Assembly (NCBI GenBank): GCA_963718665.1
Contig: OY970359.1
Coordinates: 2,528,001 to 2,592,000, forward strand
Direction of reading: 5' to 3'
DNA length: 64,000 bases
From: an uncultured Phycisphaerales bacterium
Lineage (GTDB): Bacteria; Planctomycetota; Phycisphaerae; Sedimentisphaerales; Anaerobacaceae
Shown: piece after piece, positions 41,270-50,137 of the stretch
How positions within the stretch are numbered: position 1 is the stretch's first letter
How the letters are laid out: each line of letters begins with the position of its first letter
Program-made: the position numbers and the translations under genes
The notes under the pieces: model-generated
What the model saw: only the letters and a program-made list of their open reading frames with translations
Told to the model about the DNA's origin: nothing
Databases searched by the model: none

Positions 41270-42312
41270 TGCTTTGTAGAAACCTTTAATTAAAAGTTCT
41301 TTATGAAAAGTAAATAGAGAAGCATCAGGTTGTAGGTCAGAACTCTCATGACGCACTCGGTACTGCGAGATTCATTCGTTCGGCTACGAAGGGCGTAGCC
41401 AAGACGACGTTTCATGCGAGACATAACACTCTCAACTTGCCATCGCTGACCAAACTTACGTTTCGGGAAGTTATTCTTCATTTGATTTCGGTAATGGCCT
41501 GTAAGCTCGCCTTTTTTACCTCGTCGGTTGTTGATAGCGATAATCGTCGAGCGGATGCCGAGATACTGACGACAGAATTTATGGTTGGCTTCTGCGTCAT
41601 ATCCTGCATCACCCAAAAGCCGGTCTATAGGCAGATTAGTTACCGCCTGGGAAACTGCCGGCATAAGGTAGGAACAATCATTGCTGGGACCAGTGCTGAC
41701 CAAGCCGGCAGCAATCAGATGGCTGGCATTGTGGCAGACAACCGTAAGTTTTGTCCATCGGCGATATTGCTGGGTATGTTTGCCTTGACGCATTAGAAAA
41801 TGTCGGCTGACAAACCGGCTTTCCAGCCCCGTCGAATCAATGGATGCCTCGGGGCGTTCCTCGATTAAGCCATCGCGGCTGGCAATACTGAAAATGGCGG
41901 CTAACAGCTTGTCCCAAGCCCTTTTTTTAGCAGACGTTGCTGTGCTTTTTGAAGGGTAGTGTAGTGAGGAATTTTTGACAACCCAATCGCAGCTCTCAAG
42001 TCCGTGAAGTCCGCCAGCAACTGTACAATCCCACGATAGTCGGTTTGAAAAAACTGTCGCAGAGTCAAAATGGCGAACAACTGTGCCTGTGTAAAATCGT
42101 GGCGTGAGCGATTGGCTGAATATGGCGAGAGTGCCGTTGTGGCTGTCTGAAGTGCCTGCTTTGCCAGCATAACAGGTGATTTGGTCATAACTCCGTGTTT
42201 GGCCATCGTGGAATCCTTTCCAACGCGGTTTATGGCTGAAACCTAAGTTATTGTTATTATTAACACTTATCGCCATGACTAAACCTTATGCTTCAATCTT
42301 TTCTACAGAGCA
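41270..42312 (-). mobile_element. IS5-family insertion sequence (~1043 bp)
   Basis: Imperfect TIRs TGCTTTGTAGAAA / TTTCTACAGAGCA; ATCTCAAA on both flanks; DDE transposase inside. Confidence 0.88.
41290..42206 (-). CDS. IS5-family DDE transposase encoded across a -1 frameshift at A7G (41921-41928)
   Basis: orfA (DYRG, IPHYTTL, ...LLKKG) joins orfB (IDSTG, GDAGYD, RWQVESVMSRMKR) at CTAAAAAAAGGG. Confidence 0.85.
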
Positions 42313-42468
42313 ATCTCAAATCTCAAAACGGATAATTTTATACAATTATAGCCAGGGCGTATTTCTATTTACAATGACGGCTTTGTGGATATAATCAGAA
42401 TCGCAGGCAGGGGCATGGTGGCTCTCGCCGAAATTTTTATTGAATAACAAAATAAGGAGACCAAAAAA

Positions 42469-43104
42469 ATGAGGAAGTTAATGAGGTTAACTGTGGTGTT
42501 GGCGGTATTGGGTGTTTGTGCGCCATCGTATGGATACATCCTTGTTTACAACGTTACCGGCGGAATGAAGGCGTTGGAATGGAACACCTCAAAAATAATC
42601 AGCATTTCGGTCAAGGGTTGTCTGGTGGCAGATATTAATAGTAATAGTAACGGTGATAATGAAGTCAATGATGCACAAATGGTGCTCTGCGGCAAAGATA
42701 CGGGCGGCAACCTCGTTTACTATAAAGATTCACTTAACAAAAGCGACGAAGGCGCCAGCTTGTACACGACAGGTAATGTTGTTGGGGTTGATGTATGGGA
42801 CCATAACAGCCCCTTTTGGTATGAGTTTACGATGATTGGCAATATTAAGGCCACAGATGTCGGCTTAGGAGCCAACTACAAGGAGTGGGCTGCAAGCAGC
42901 TTGAGTGGAAGTTTGGGTTCCTGGTGGGATCAGTTATTAGACAGCAGTCAGGAACTTTTCGGGACAGGCGCGGCCACAATGACACTTGATACCACACATA
43001 CCAAGGCCGCCAATGCAGGTTCACTATCGGTTGATTCTGTTATTAGTGCGTTTATAGACGGACTGAAAGCCAAAGGTTATCACTCAATAGTTTTGCCGGA
43101 TTGA
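42469..43104 (+). CDS. Exported hypothetical protein
   Basis: AAGGAG SD, signal peptide, upstream TTTACA...TATAAT promoter-like elements. Confidence 0.75.
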   Translation: MRKLMRLTVVLAVLGVCAPSYGYILVYNVTGGMKALEWNTSKIISISVKGCLVADINSNSNGDNEVNDAQMVLCGKDTGGNLVYYKDSLNKSDEGASLYTTGNVVGVDVWDHNSPFWYEFTMIGNIKATDVGLGANYKEWAASSLSGSLGSWWDQLLDSSQELFGTGAATMTLDTTHTKAANAGSLSVDSVISAFIDGLKAKGYHSIVLPD

Positions 43105-43140
43105 TTAAAGAGACGATTCCGCTTTGTGGCTGAACGCAAG

Positions 43141-43164
43141 CACTTCGACGCCGCTCAGTGCAAG
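43141..43164 (+). repeat. Intergenic REP-like unit (cacttcgacgccgctcagtgcaag)
   Basis: gcaag + 19-nt core + gcaag; cttcgac...gctcag core related to the in-frame copies. Confidence 0.65.
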
Positions 43165-43181
43165 GTGGAATCGTCTTTATT

Positions 43182-43523
43182 TTAAGTGTCGAGCATATCC
43201 CATTCGAAGCCGACGAGCCAGCGAAGGGCGGACAGTTTGCCGTTGAGCATTCCCCATTCGAAGTCGTCGTAAGGGCCGAGGTTTTCGATGCCGTATTTTG
43301 CCTCGATTTTGCGGGCGTTTATCTCGGCATCCTTCCAGATTTGCGGGTCGCACTCCTCTTCGCCGTCTTCAATTGCTTGTTTCAGGTCCTGGTGCCTGTT
43401 GTACCAGATTTTGTCGAGCAGCTCGCCGATTTGCTCGTCGATTTCTTCCTGCGTTCTTTGTCCCGGCATTTCCGAATCTTCCTGGTCATCCGGATTAAAG
43501 GAGTTTCTTGATATCATAGCCAT
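43182..43523 (-). CDS. Small acidic hypothetical protein (EWGMLNGKLSALRW motif)
   Basis: Coherent ORF; tail GPYDDFEWGMLNGKLSALRWLVG.EWDMLDT looks like a conserved motif. Confidence 0.7.
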   Translation of the reverse strand: MAMISRNSFNPDDQEDSEMPGQRTQEEIDEQIGELLDKIWYNRHQDLKQAIEDGEEECDPQIWKDAEINARKIEAKYGIENLGPYDDFEWGMLNGKLSALRWLVGFEWDMLDT

Positions 43524-43665
43524 TCATCCAAAATTAAGGATCATCGTTAGTTTTTCTTCCTGTAGCGTAATTATAGCCGGTATTGATGACAGAGTGCAAG
43601 GGTGAACAGGAGTTGGTTAAACTGGGCAAGAAGGCGTAGTTCTAATCCCAACAGGATTGGTTTAG

Positions 43666-43739
43666 TGCGCCCGGCAGGAGTCGAACCTGCAACCTCCGGG
43701 TTCGAAGCCCGGCACTCTGTCCAGTTGAGCTACGGGCGC
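43666..43739 (-). tRNA. tRNA-Arg(TCG)
   Basis: GCGCCCGTAGCTCAACTGGACAGAGTG ccggg-ct-TCG-aa-cccgg ... GGTTCGACTCC..GGGCGCA. Confidence 0.92.
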
Positions 43740-43898
43740 AAATATCATTCCCGCTTGGCCGATAATAGCAGGTTATTCGGCAAACTTCAATCATTACCCC
43801 GTGTTACCTTGTGTAGTTTTCCGTCATTTTTATTTGACTATTCGGCCGATAAATACGTATAATGAAAAACTGATTATTCTGTTATCGGGGGAAAAATC

Positions 43899-46712
43899 GT
43901 GACAGATACGGTAAAAACACATGTAAAAATGGTGATCATTGCTATTTTGTTGGCTGTTGCCTCGGTTCCGGCTGCTGCCGATGATGCGATGTGGACGTGG
44001 GTCAGCGGCTCTAATACTTTTAACCCAACCGGCACAAACATCATCCCCGGCGGACGAGAGGAATGCGTCTCATGGATAGATGATGCCGGAAACCTGTGGT
44101 TTTTCGGCGGGTATGGAATAGGTAGTGATGGCAGCGCGAGCCTGGGCCTGCTGAACGGTTTATGGAAGTTTGATGGAACTGGCTGGACATTGGTAAAAGG
44201 CCATGATATGACCAATATATCCTACCAGGGCGGGGTATATGGCACCGAAGGGTCAGGGTATTCGAATAACACACCCGGTGCGAGAAGTAATAGTGTTTCG
44301 TGGACGGATATCAGTGGCAATCTCTGGCTTTTCGGTGGATACGGATACGATGCGAATGTGACCCTCGGATTATTAAATGATTTGTGGAAGTTTGACGGCA
44401 GTAACTGGATATGGATCACGGGTTCAAATGCTGTCAATCAATATGGTGTGTATGGAACAATGGGAGTTGCTAACTCAAATAATACGCCCGGGGCGAGAGG
44501 ATCGAGCGCAACCTGGGCGGACAGCAACGGGACACTGTGGCTTTTCGGCGGGTACGGCTATGGCAGCAGCGGCTCGGTTGGAGCGTTGAATGATTTATGG
44601 AAGTATAGGGGCTCCAAATGGATATGGGTCAACGGCTCAAAAAGCATTTCCCACAAGGGAGCTTACGGCACCGAAGGTGTCGCAGATGCGAATAACGTGC
44701 CGGGGGCAAGATATGGAACCGTCCTGTGGATGGATATCAAAGGCAACCTGTGGGTTTATGGCGGATACGGGTACGACAGCAGGGGCAATGGCGGGTATTT
44801 GAGCGATTCCTGGAAATTTGACGTTGACAGCAATGAATGGACGTGGGTCAGCGGCTCAAATCGTGTCAATCAGCATTCAGCCGGTGTATATGGGACACAA
44901 GGGGAACCTAATGCGAACAATGTCCCCGGTGACCGCATGGGGGCTGCCTCCTGGAGGGACAACTATGGCTATCTTTGGCTTTTCGGCGGAATGGGGTATG
45001 ATAGCGGCGGAACTTACGGACTATTAAATGATTTATGGAAGTTTAACGATTCTGTCTGGGAATGGGTCAAAGGCTCGGACACCGTATCGGAATCCGGCAC
45101 ATACGGCACCCAGGGAATCGCAAATTCGGATAATACACCGGGGGCACGCGGTTACAGCGTTTCCTGTATGGATACAAGCGGCAATCTCTGGCTTTTCGGC
45201 GGATATGGATACGATTATTTAAGCAACGACGGCAATTTGAATGACCTGTGGAAATTCGGCAGTATTATCCCGCAAGGGGTTCAGCTAAGGGTTTTCTGCG
45301 AGGCAAATGAAATTACCAATGGCCAGAGTGACCCTGTTATTCTGGGAACTGCTCCAGTCAGTATTACAGGGCCGAGCAAAACCTTCACTATTCGTAATAA
45401 CGGCAGCGAAACACTCGTATTGGACGTGCCTTTTGCCCAGCCGACAGATTTCAATATTACGCAACCCGAAGAGTCCGTACTGGCTCCGGGTGATTACACA
45501 ACCTTTACCGTTACGCTGGATACGAACGAGATAGGCGTTTTTCAGGAGACCATCTCTTTTGATAACAACGACGTCGATAATGACCCCTTCTCATTCACAA
45601 TTAAGGGGACCGTTGTCCAGTGGGAATTCGGGAATATACCTGGCAGCAAAAATAACACAAAACTCACGGTTCCCGACGTCTGCGGCGTGTCGGTTACGTT
45701 CAGTTTGACGGGCGGTGGGTATGGCGAAATAGTAGGCGACAGTAATTTCAGCCAGGTGAACCTGTATGGCACAGGTGAAAAATCACAACTGACAATCGCG
45801 GCAAAAACGGAAATCAGCGTCGGCGATATCAATTCAACCGGCTCACTGAAGGCAATTACGGCCAAAACGACAAACCTGCGAGGCAATATACAAGTATCTG
45901 GTTCGCTCGCAAGTTTGGTTATCAATGACGTTAATAATTCGAATACGATAACCATTGGCTCTTCATCGAACCCAAAAGCAACGATATCACTCAGCTTTGA
46001 CCGGGTGGCCGACCTGACGATAAACAGCCAAATGCCGGTAAAGGCAATTTCGGCGACCGAATGGCTCGGCGGGGCTATCGATGCGCCGTCGATTGCCAGT
46101 ATTACGGCCAAGGGTAATCTGGACGTGAACGTTACAATTGACTCTGCTGTCGGCAGCATCAAAACCGCTGGGACTCTATCGGGCGAGTGGAACTGCAATA
46201 CGATTAAAAGTGTTTCGGCTTTGAACATTACCTCGGCAACGCTGGCTCTGGACCAGGCACCGAATGCCAAAGTGCTCGCCCTGGGTACTCTTACCGTAAA
46301 GAGTTACATTACCGACAGTCAAATAATATCTGATGGAAACATCGGCACAATCAATGCCGGGGCGATGATAAATTCGGTTTGTTTCGCAGGCATTAAAGAC
46401 GGCGTTACCGGGTTGCCCGACCCGAATGCGGACATCAATTACGCACCACCAGCTTCTATTAAGAGTATCACGGTGAAGGGTATCAAAGGCGAACCGAATT
46501 CTTTCATCAATAGCGATATTGCCGCGGCGAGTATCCTGAGCGCAACTTTAAATTATCCCCAGAGTGATAATAACGGTGTGCCATTCGGTGTGTCCGCCGG
46601 CTCTATTAAATCGCTGAAAATTAAAAACACAGGCGGGTCCGTTACGCTCAAAAATCTCAATTCGCCCAGCGACAACAACGATTTTGGCGACTTTAAAATT
46701 CGCCTCTATTAG
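43899..46712 (+). CDS. Secreted Kelch-like beta-propeller protein with an Ig-like (choice-of-anchor D-like) domain and a beta-rich C-terminal region
   Basis: Signal peptide; about six repeats of W.WV.GS..GVYGT..PGAR..W.D..GNLWLFGGYG..LNDLWKF; TFTIRNNGSETL...DNDPFSFTIKG. Confidence 0.85.
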   Translation: MTDTVKTHVKMVIIAILLAVASVPAAADDAMWTWVSGSNTFNPTGTNIIPGGREECVSWIDDAGNLWFFGGYGIGSDGSASLGLLNGLWKFDGTGWTLVKGHDMTNISYQGGVYGTEGSGYSNNTPGARSNSVSWTDISGNLWLFGGYGYDANVTLGLLNDLWKFDGSNWIWITGSNAVNQYGVYGTMGVANSNNTPGARGSSATWADSNGTLWLFGGYGYGSSGSVGALNDLWKYRGSKWIWVNGSKSISHKGAYGTEGVADANNVPGARYGTVLWMDIKGNLWVYGGYGYDSRGNGGYLSDSWKFDVDSNEWTWVSGSNRVNQHSAGVYGTQGEPNANNVPGDRMGAASWRDNYGYLWLFGGMGYDSGGTYGLLNDLWKFNDSVWEWVKGSDTVSESGTYGTQGIANSDNTPGARGYSVSCMDTSGNLWLFGGYGYDYLSNDGNLNDLWKFGSIIPQGVQLRVFCEANEITNGQSDPVILGTAPVSITGPSKTFTIRNNGSETLVLDVPFAQPTDFNITQPEESVLAPGDYTTFTVTLDTNEIGVFQETISFDNNDVDNDPFSFTIKGTVVQWEFGNIPGSKNNTKLTVPDVCGVSVTFSLTGGGYGEIVGDSNFSQVNLYGTGEKSQLTIAAKTEISVGDINSTGSLKAITAKTTNLRGNIQVSGSLASLVINDVNNSNTITIGSSSNPKATISLSFDRVADLTINSQMPVKAISATEWLGGAIDAPSIASITAKGNLDVNVTIDSAVGSIKTAGTLSGEWNCNTIKSVSALNITSATLALDQAPNAKVLALGTLTVKSYITDSQIISDGNIGTINAGAMINSVCFAGIKDGVTGLPDPNADINYAPPASIKSITVKGIKGEPNSFINSDIAAASILSATLNYPQSDNNGVPFGVSAGSIKSLKIKNTGGSVTLKNLNSPSDNNDFGDFKIRLY

Positions 46713-46850
46713 AAACGCCAATTTATTCGCCAAAATTCAAATCACTCGCGTAATACTGGCGAGCCGGCTCAATTTATGCTATAAGCACAGGTGATGTTTG
46801 GCCGTCCGGGACAGCAGGGCGGCGATAAGTGTATTGCCGGAGAATTTGTA

Positions 46851-47885
46851 ATGAAGGCGGCCGTGCTGACGGGCATAAAACAGGCACAAGTAATCGATTT
46901 GCCGAAGCCATCCATAAAAAATGATAGCGATGTTCTCCTGAAAGTCGCTGTCGTCGGGGTCTGCGGCAGCGATATCCATTATTACCTCTCAGGCAGAATC
47001 GGCTCAAAAATCGTCCAATACCCCTATGTCGTCGGGCATGAATGCTCCGCGATCGTAGTAGCGGTCGGCAAAAAGGTAAAGCACGTCAAACCCGGCGATA
47101 CAGTCGCCGTCGAACCTGCTGTCTCCTGCCACGAATGTCCCCAGTGCAAAATGGGCAGAGAAAACACCTGCTGTAACTTGAAATTTCTCGGCGTTCCGGG
47201 TGAGCTGGCCGGGTGTCTTTGCGAATATATCGTTATGCCCGGAGATTGCTGCCTGCCGACAACTGGGCGATTAACTCACGAACAGGCCGCTCTCTGCGAA
47301 CCGTTCGCGATTGGTGTTTATACCGTTCAGCAATCCCGATTGGCCAAAGGCGACAAAATAGCCATTTTGGGCTCAGGCCCTATTGGCTTAAGCTGTCTGA
47401 TTGCCGCGAAAATACAGGGCGCCGGCTCCGTTTATATGACGGACAAGGTTGACTACCGAGTTGAGTTCGCAAAAAAGGCCGGCGCAAGCTGGGTCGGCAA
47501 CCCTGATAAAAATGACGTCGTGAAGGATATTCTTCAGCTTGAACCATTAGGCGTTGATATCGCCTGCGAATGTGCGGGTAAGCAGGAGACAATCGACCAG
47601 GCCGTCGAAGTTCTCCGGCCAGGCGGTATTTTTATGCTCGTGGGCATCCCCGAATCCAACCGCGTAAGTTTCCCCATTGACCGCATCAGAAGAAAAGAGA
47701 TTACCATTATCAACGTCCGCAGACAAAATCATTGCGCTTCACGGGCGATTGAGTTTGTGGCGTCGGCTAAGGCGGCGATTGACTCATTCGTTACCCACCG
47801 TTTCAAACTTGAACAGGTAAATGCGGCGTTTGACATTGTCGCTGATTATCGCGACGGGGTCATCAAAGCGATGGTTATTTTGTAA
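46851..47885 (+). CDS. Zn-dependent alcohol/polyol dehydrogenase (MDR family)
   Basis: GVCGSDIH, GHE, CHECPQC..C, GSGPIG. Confidence 0.93.
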   Translation: MKAAVLTGIKQAQVIDLPKPSIKNDSDVLLKVAVVGVCGSDIHYYLSGRIGSKIVQYPYVVGHECSAIVVAVGKKVKHVKPGDTVAVEPAVSCHECPQCKMGRENTCCNLKFLGVPGELAGCLCEYIVMPGDCCLPTTGRLTHEQAALCEPFAIGVYTVQQSRLAKGDKIAILGSGPIGLSCLIAAKIQGAGSVYMTDKVDYRVEFAKKAGASWVGNPDKNDVVKDILQLEPLGVDIACECAGKQETIDQAVEVLRPGGIFMLVGIPESNRVSFPIDRIRRKEITIINVRRQNHCASRAIEFVASAKAAIDSFVTHRFKLEQVNAAFDIVADYRDGVIKAMVIL

Positions 47886-47895
47886 GATGGGAGCT

Positions 47896-49152
47896 ATGAT
47901 TAAAGCGTGCGTAGTCAGTATCGGTAACGAGCTTCTCAACGGCCACACGACCGACACGAACTGCTCGTATATATGCGGCCGGCTGCTTTCAATCGGCATA
48001 CCCGTTGTCAACGCTTATACAGTCGGTGACGATATAAAGCAAATCGTCCGTTCGCTCAAACGAGCAGCTGAAGACGCGGATATAGTTATCGTTACGGGCG
48101 GTATGGGACCTACAGATGATGATATCACTCGACAGGCCTTTGCCGAATTACTGGGAGTCAGATTGCAGGTCAAACCAGCCCTGTTGAAAGACATAAGAAA
48201 ATTCTTCGCTGACAGGGGATTGCCGATGCCGGAAAAAAATACCATTCAGGCCTGCGTTCCCAAAGGTGCATCGGCACTCGAAAACCCGTTTGGCACAGCG
48301 CCTGGCATTTTTGCCAAAATGAAGAAAAAACTCTTTTTCGCAATGCCCGGGGTGCCTGTCGAAATGAAAGAGATGCTTGAAAAATCCGTCCTGCCTCGCT
48401 TGGCAAAGAAGGGGGCCTGCGGCTTTACTATTGTCAAAAAAGTCCGGTGTTTTGGCGTGGGCGAATCGGCCCTTGCGGAAAAACTCGGTGACCTTATGGA
48501 CCGATGCAGAAACCCGCTCATAAATTCAACCGTTGGTTCGGGCGTCATTACGCTTCACGTCGTCGCCTCCGCCAAAACAAAAAAGCAAGCCGAGCAAATG
48601 GCTAAAAAAGACATTAACCATCTTCACTCGCTTCTCGGCGACCTTATCTTCGGCTTCGATGACCAGACGCTGCCGGAAGTAGTAGGGCACTGGCTAATGC
48701 AAAACCGAAAGACAATCACCGTTGCTGAATCCTGCACGGGAGGGCTTTTGACAAAGCTCATTACCGATATACCCGGCGCAAGCGAATACTTCACACATGG
48801 CTGGATAACTTACAGCAACAGAGCCAAGACCGAACTGCTCGGCGTGCCAAAGAAACTCATCGAAAAACATGGTGCTGTCAGCGAGCAGGTCGCTTCCGCG
48901 ATGGCGATTGCCGCCAGACAAAAAGCAAAGTCGGATTTCGCTATCGCTATAACTGGTATCGCCGGCCCCGCGGGCGGCACCAAACAAAAGCCCGTAGGCC
49001 TGGTTTATATCAGTGTCTGCGACGGCGATGATTGCCAAACGAAAAAATGCCTGTTTTCTTATACGAGGGATTTGATTCGCACCAGGGCAGCACTCACCGC
49101 ACTCAATATGCTTCGCTTGCGGTCTTCGCGTGCTCAGCGGTTAAAACCTTAA
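47896..49152 (+). CDS. cinA: CinA / NMN deamidase (MoCF-like domain plus PncC)
   Basis: IGNELLNG..DTN, GGMGPTDDDIT, AESCTGG, YSN.AK, GAVSE, ITGIAGP.GGT..KPVG. Confidence 0.96.
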   Translation: MIKACVVSIGNELLNGHTTDTNCSYICGRLLSIGIPVVNAYTVGDDIKQIVRSLKRAAEDADIVIVTGGMGPTDDDITRQAFAELLGVRLQVKPALLKDIRKFFADRGLPMPEKNTIQACVPKGASALENPFGTAPGIFAKMKKKLFFAMPGVPVEMKEMLEKSVLPRLAKKGACGFTIVKKVRCFGVGESALAEKLGDLMDRCRNPLINSTVGSGVITLHVVASAKTKKQAEQMAKKDINHLHSLLGDLIFGFDDQTLPEVVGHWLMQNRKTITVAESCTGGLLTKLITDIPGASEYFTHGWITYSNRAKTELLGVPKKLIEKHGAVSEQVASAMAIAARQKAKSDFAIAITGIAGPAGGTKQKPVGLVYISVCDGDDCQTKKCLFSYTRDLIRTRAALTALNMLRLRSSRAQRLKP

Positions 49153-49227
49153 TCGGGGCGACAGGACTCGAACCTGCGACCCCTTGCACCCCATGCAAGT
49201 GCGCTAGCCAAACTGCGCCACGCCCCG
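49153..49227 (-). tRNA. tRNA-Pro(GGG)
   Basis: CGGGGCGTGGCGCAGTTTGGCTAGCGCA cttgc-at-GGG-gt-gcaag ... GGTTCGAGTCC..GCCCCGA. Confidence 0.92.
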
Positions 49228-49326
49228 TATTAGGGTATTTTAACACCGGCTCACCGGCTCAACAAGGTTTTTCCGCCTTTAAATAATATATGAAAAATGT
49301 TTGACAAAACCCCCTGACTACGACAA

Positions 49327-49348
49327 AATGTTAGTCATAGCTAACATT
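49327..49348. promoter_or_regulatory. DtxR/MntR-type operator palindrome
   Basis: AATGTTAG-N6-CTAACATT overlapping the promoter that has TTGACA at about 49301. Confidence 0.75.
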
Positions 49349-49385
49349 CCTGTCGTATAAATAATAAAGGATATTGCTTAATTAT

Positions 49386-49835
49386 ATGGTTTTTAGAAAA
49401 AGCAACGTTTTGAGCGCTTCTCAAGAGGATTATCTTGAGGCCATCCTGAATGTGGCCGACGCTTCCGGTATGGCACGAAGCACCGATATTGCTGTATCTC
49501 TTGGTGTAGCCAAGCCGTCCGTTACAGGGGCGATAAAGCTGCTGGCTCACAGAGGTCTTGTTAATTACAAGCCATACGGATGTGTGACGTTTACACAGAA
49601 GGGTTTTTCGCAGGCGGGACGAGTCGCTCAAAGACATGAAATCATAAAGTCGTTTTTTGTGGATGTTCTCGGCGTCGATGCTGCTGTTGCTCAAAAAGCG
49701 GCCTGCAAGGCGGAGCATCTTTTAGGCCCGGTCATAATATCACGTATGCGGGATTTCACTAATTTAACCAAAAAGAAAGCCCGGCGCGGAAGGATTGAAA
49801 CGAGTATCGCAAGAGGTAAAGCGGCAAAGAGATAA
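49386..49835 (+). CDS. DtxR/MntR-family metal-dependent repressor
   Basis: SQEDYLEAI, DIAVSLGVAKPSVT, RHEIIKSFF, ACKAEH. Confidence 0.93.
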   Translation: MVFRKSNVLSASQEDYLEAILNVADASGMARSTDIAVSLGVAKPSVTGAIKLLAHRGLVNYKPYGCVTFTQKGFSQAGRVAQRHEIIKSFFVDVLGVDAAVAQKAACKAEHLLGPVIISRMRDFTNLTKKKARRGRIETSIARGKAAKR

Positions 49836-49838
49836 AAT

Positions 49839-50072
49839 ATGGAGACCACAATCACAAGGCCATTGTCGGAAATTGCGGAAGGACAAACCGTCAACATAAT
49901 AAGAATCGACGGCGGACGGGGTATGAGAGTCCGGCTGACTTCGCTGGGGCTTTTGCCTAAAACGCAGGTAACGGTGGTGCACAACGGAAGGTCCGGCCCG
50001 TTCGTCATAAGCGTAAAAAACTCTAAGATGGCCCTCGGCAGGGGAGTAGTGGACAAGATTATGGTATCGTGA
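49839..50072 (+). CDS. feoA: Ferrous iron transport protein A
   Basis: RLTSLGLLP, GPFVI, ALGRG..KIMV. Confidence 0.93.
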   Translation: METTITRPLSEIAEGQTVNIIRIDGGRGMRVRLTSLGLLPKTQVTVVHNGRSGPFVISVKNSKMALGRGVVDKIMVS

Positions 50073-50102
50073 TTCGTCCCAACATTATATTTTTTGCTTT
50101 AT

Positions 50103-50122
50103 AAGTTAGGTGTTCCTAACTT
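50103..50122. promoter_or_regulatory. Second DtxR/MntR-type operator, upstream of feoB
   Basis: AAGTTAG-N6-CTAACTT, with the same GTTAG-N6-CTAAC core. Confidence 0.7.
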
Positions 50123-50137
50123 TTAAATCGGTGGAAT

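Noticed and set aside
41929..42276. N-terminal part of the 328-aa ORF as a single-frame transposase
   Set aside because: The transposase-like N-terminus (DYRG, PHYTTL) is in the 41901-42206 frame; the long ORF is meaningful only after the A7G site.
43990..45260. Regularly spaced DNA repeats that might suggest a CRISPR array or DGR
   Set aside because: They are degenerate in-frame repeats encoding propeller blades; there are no identical repeats with unique spacers and no cas or reverse transcriptase gene.
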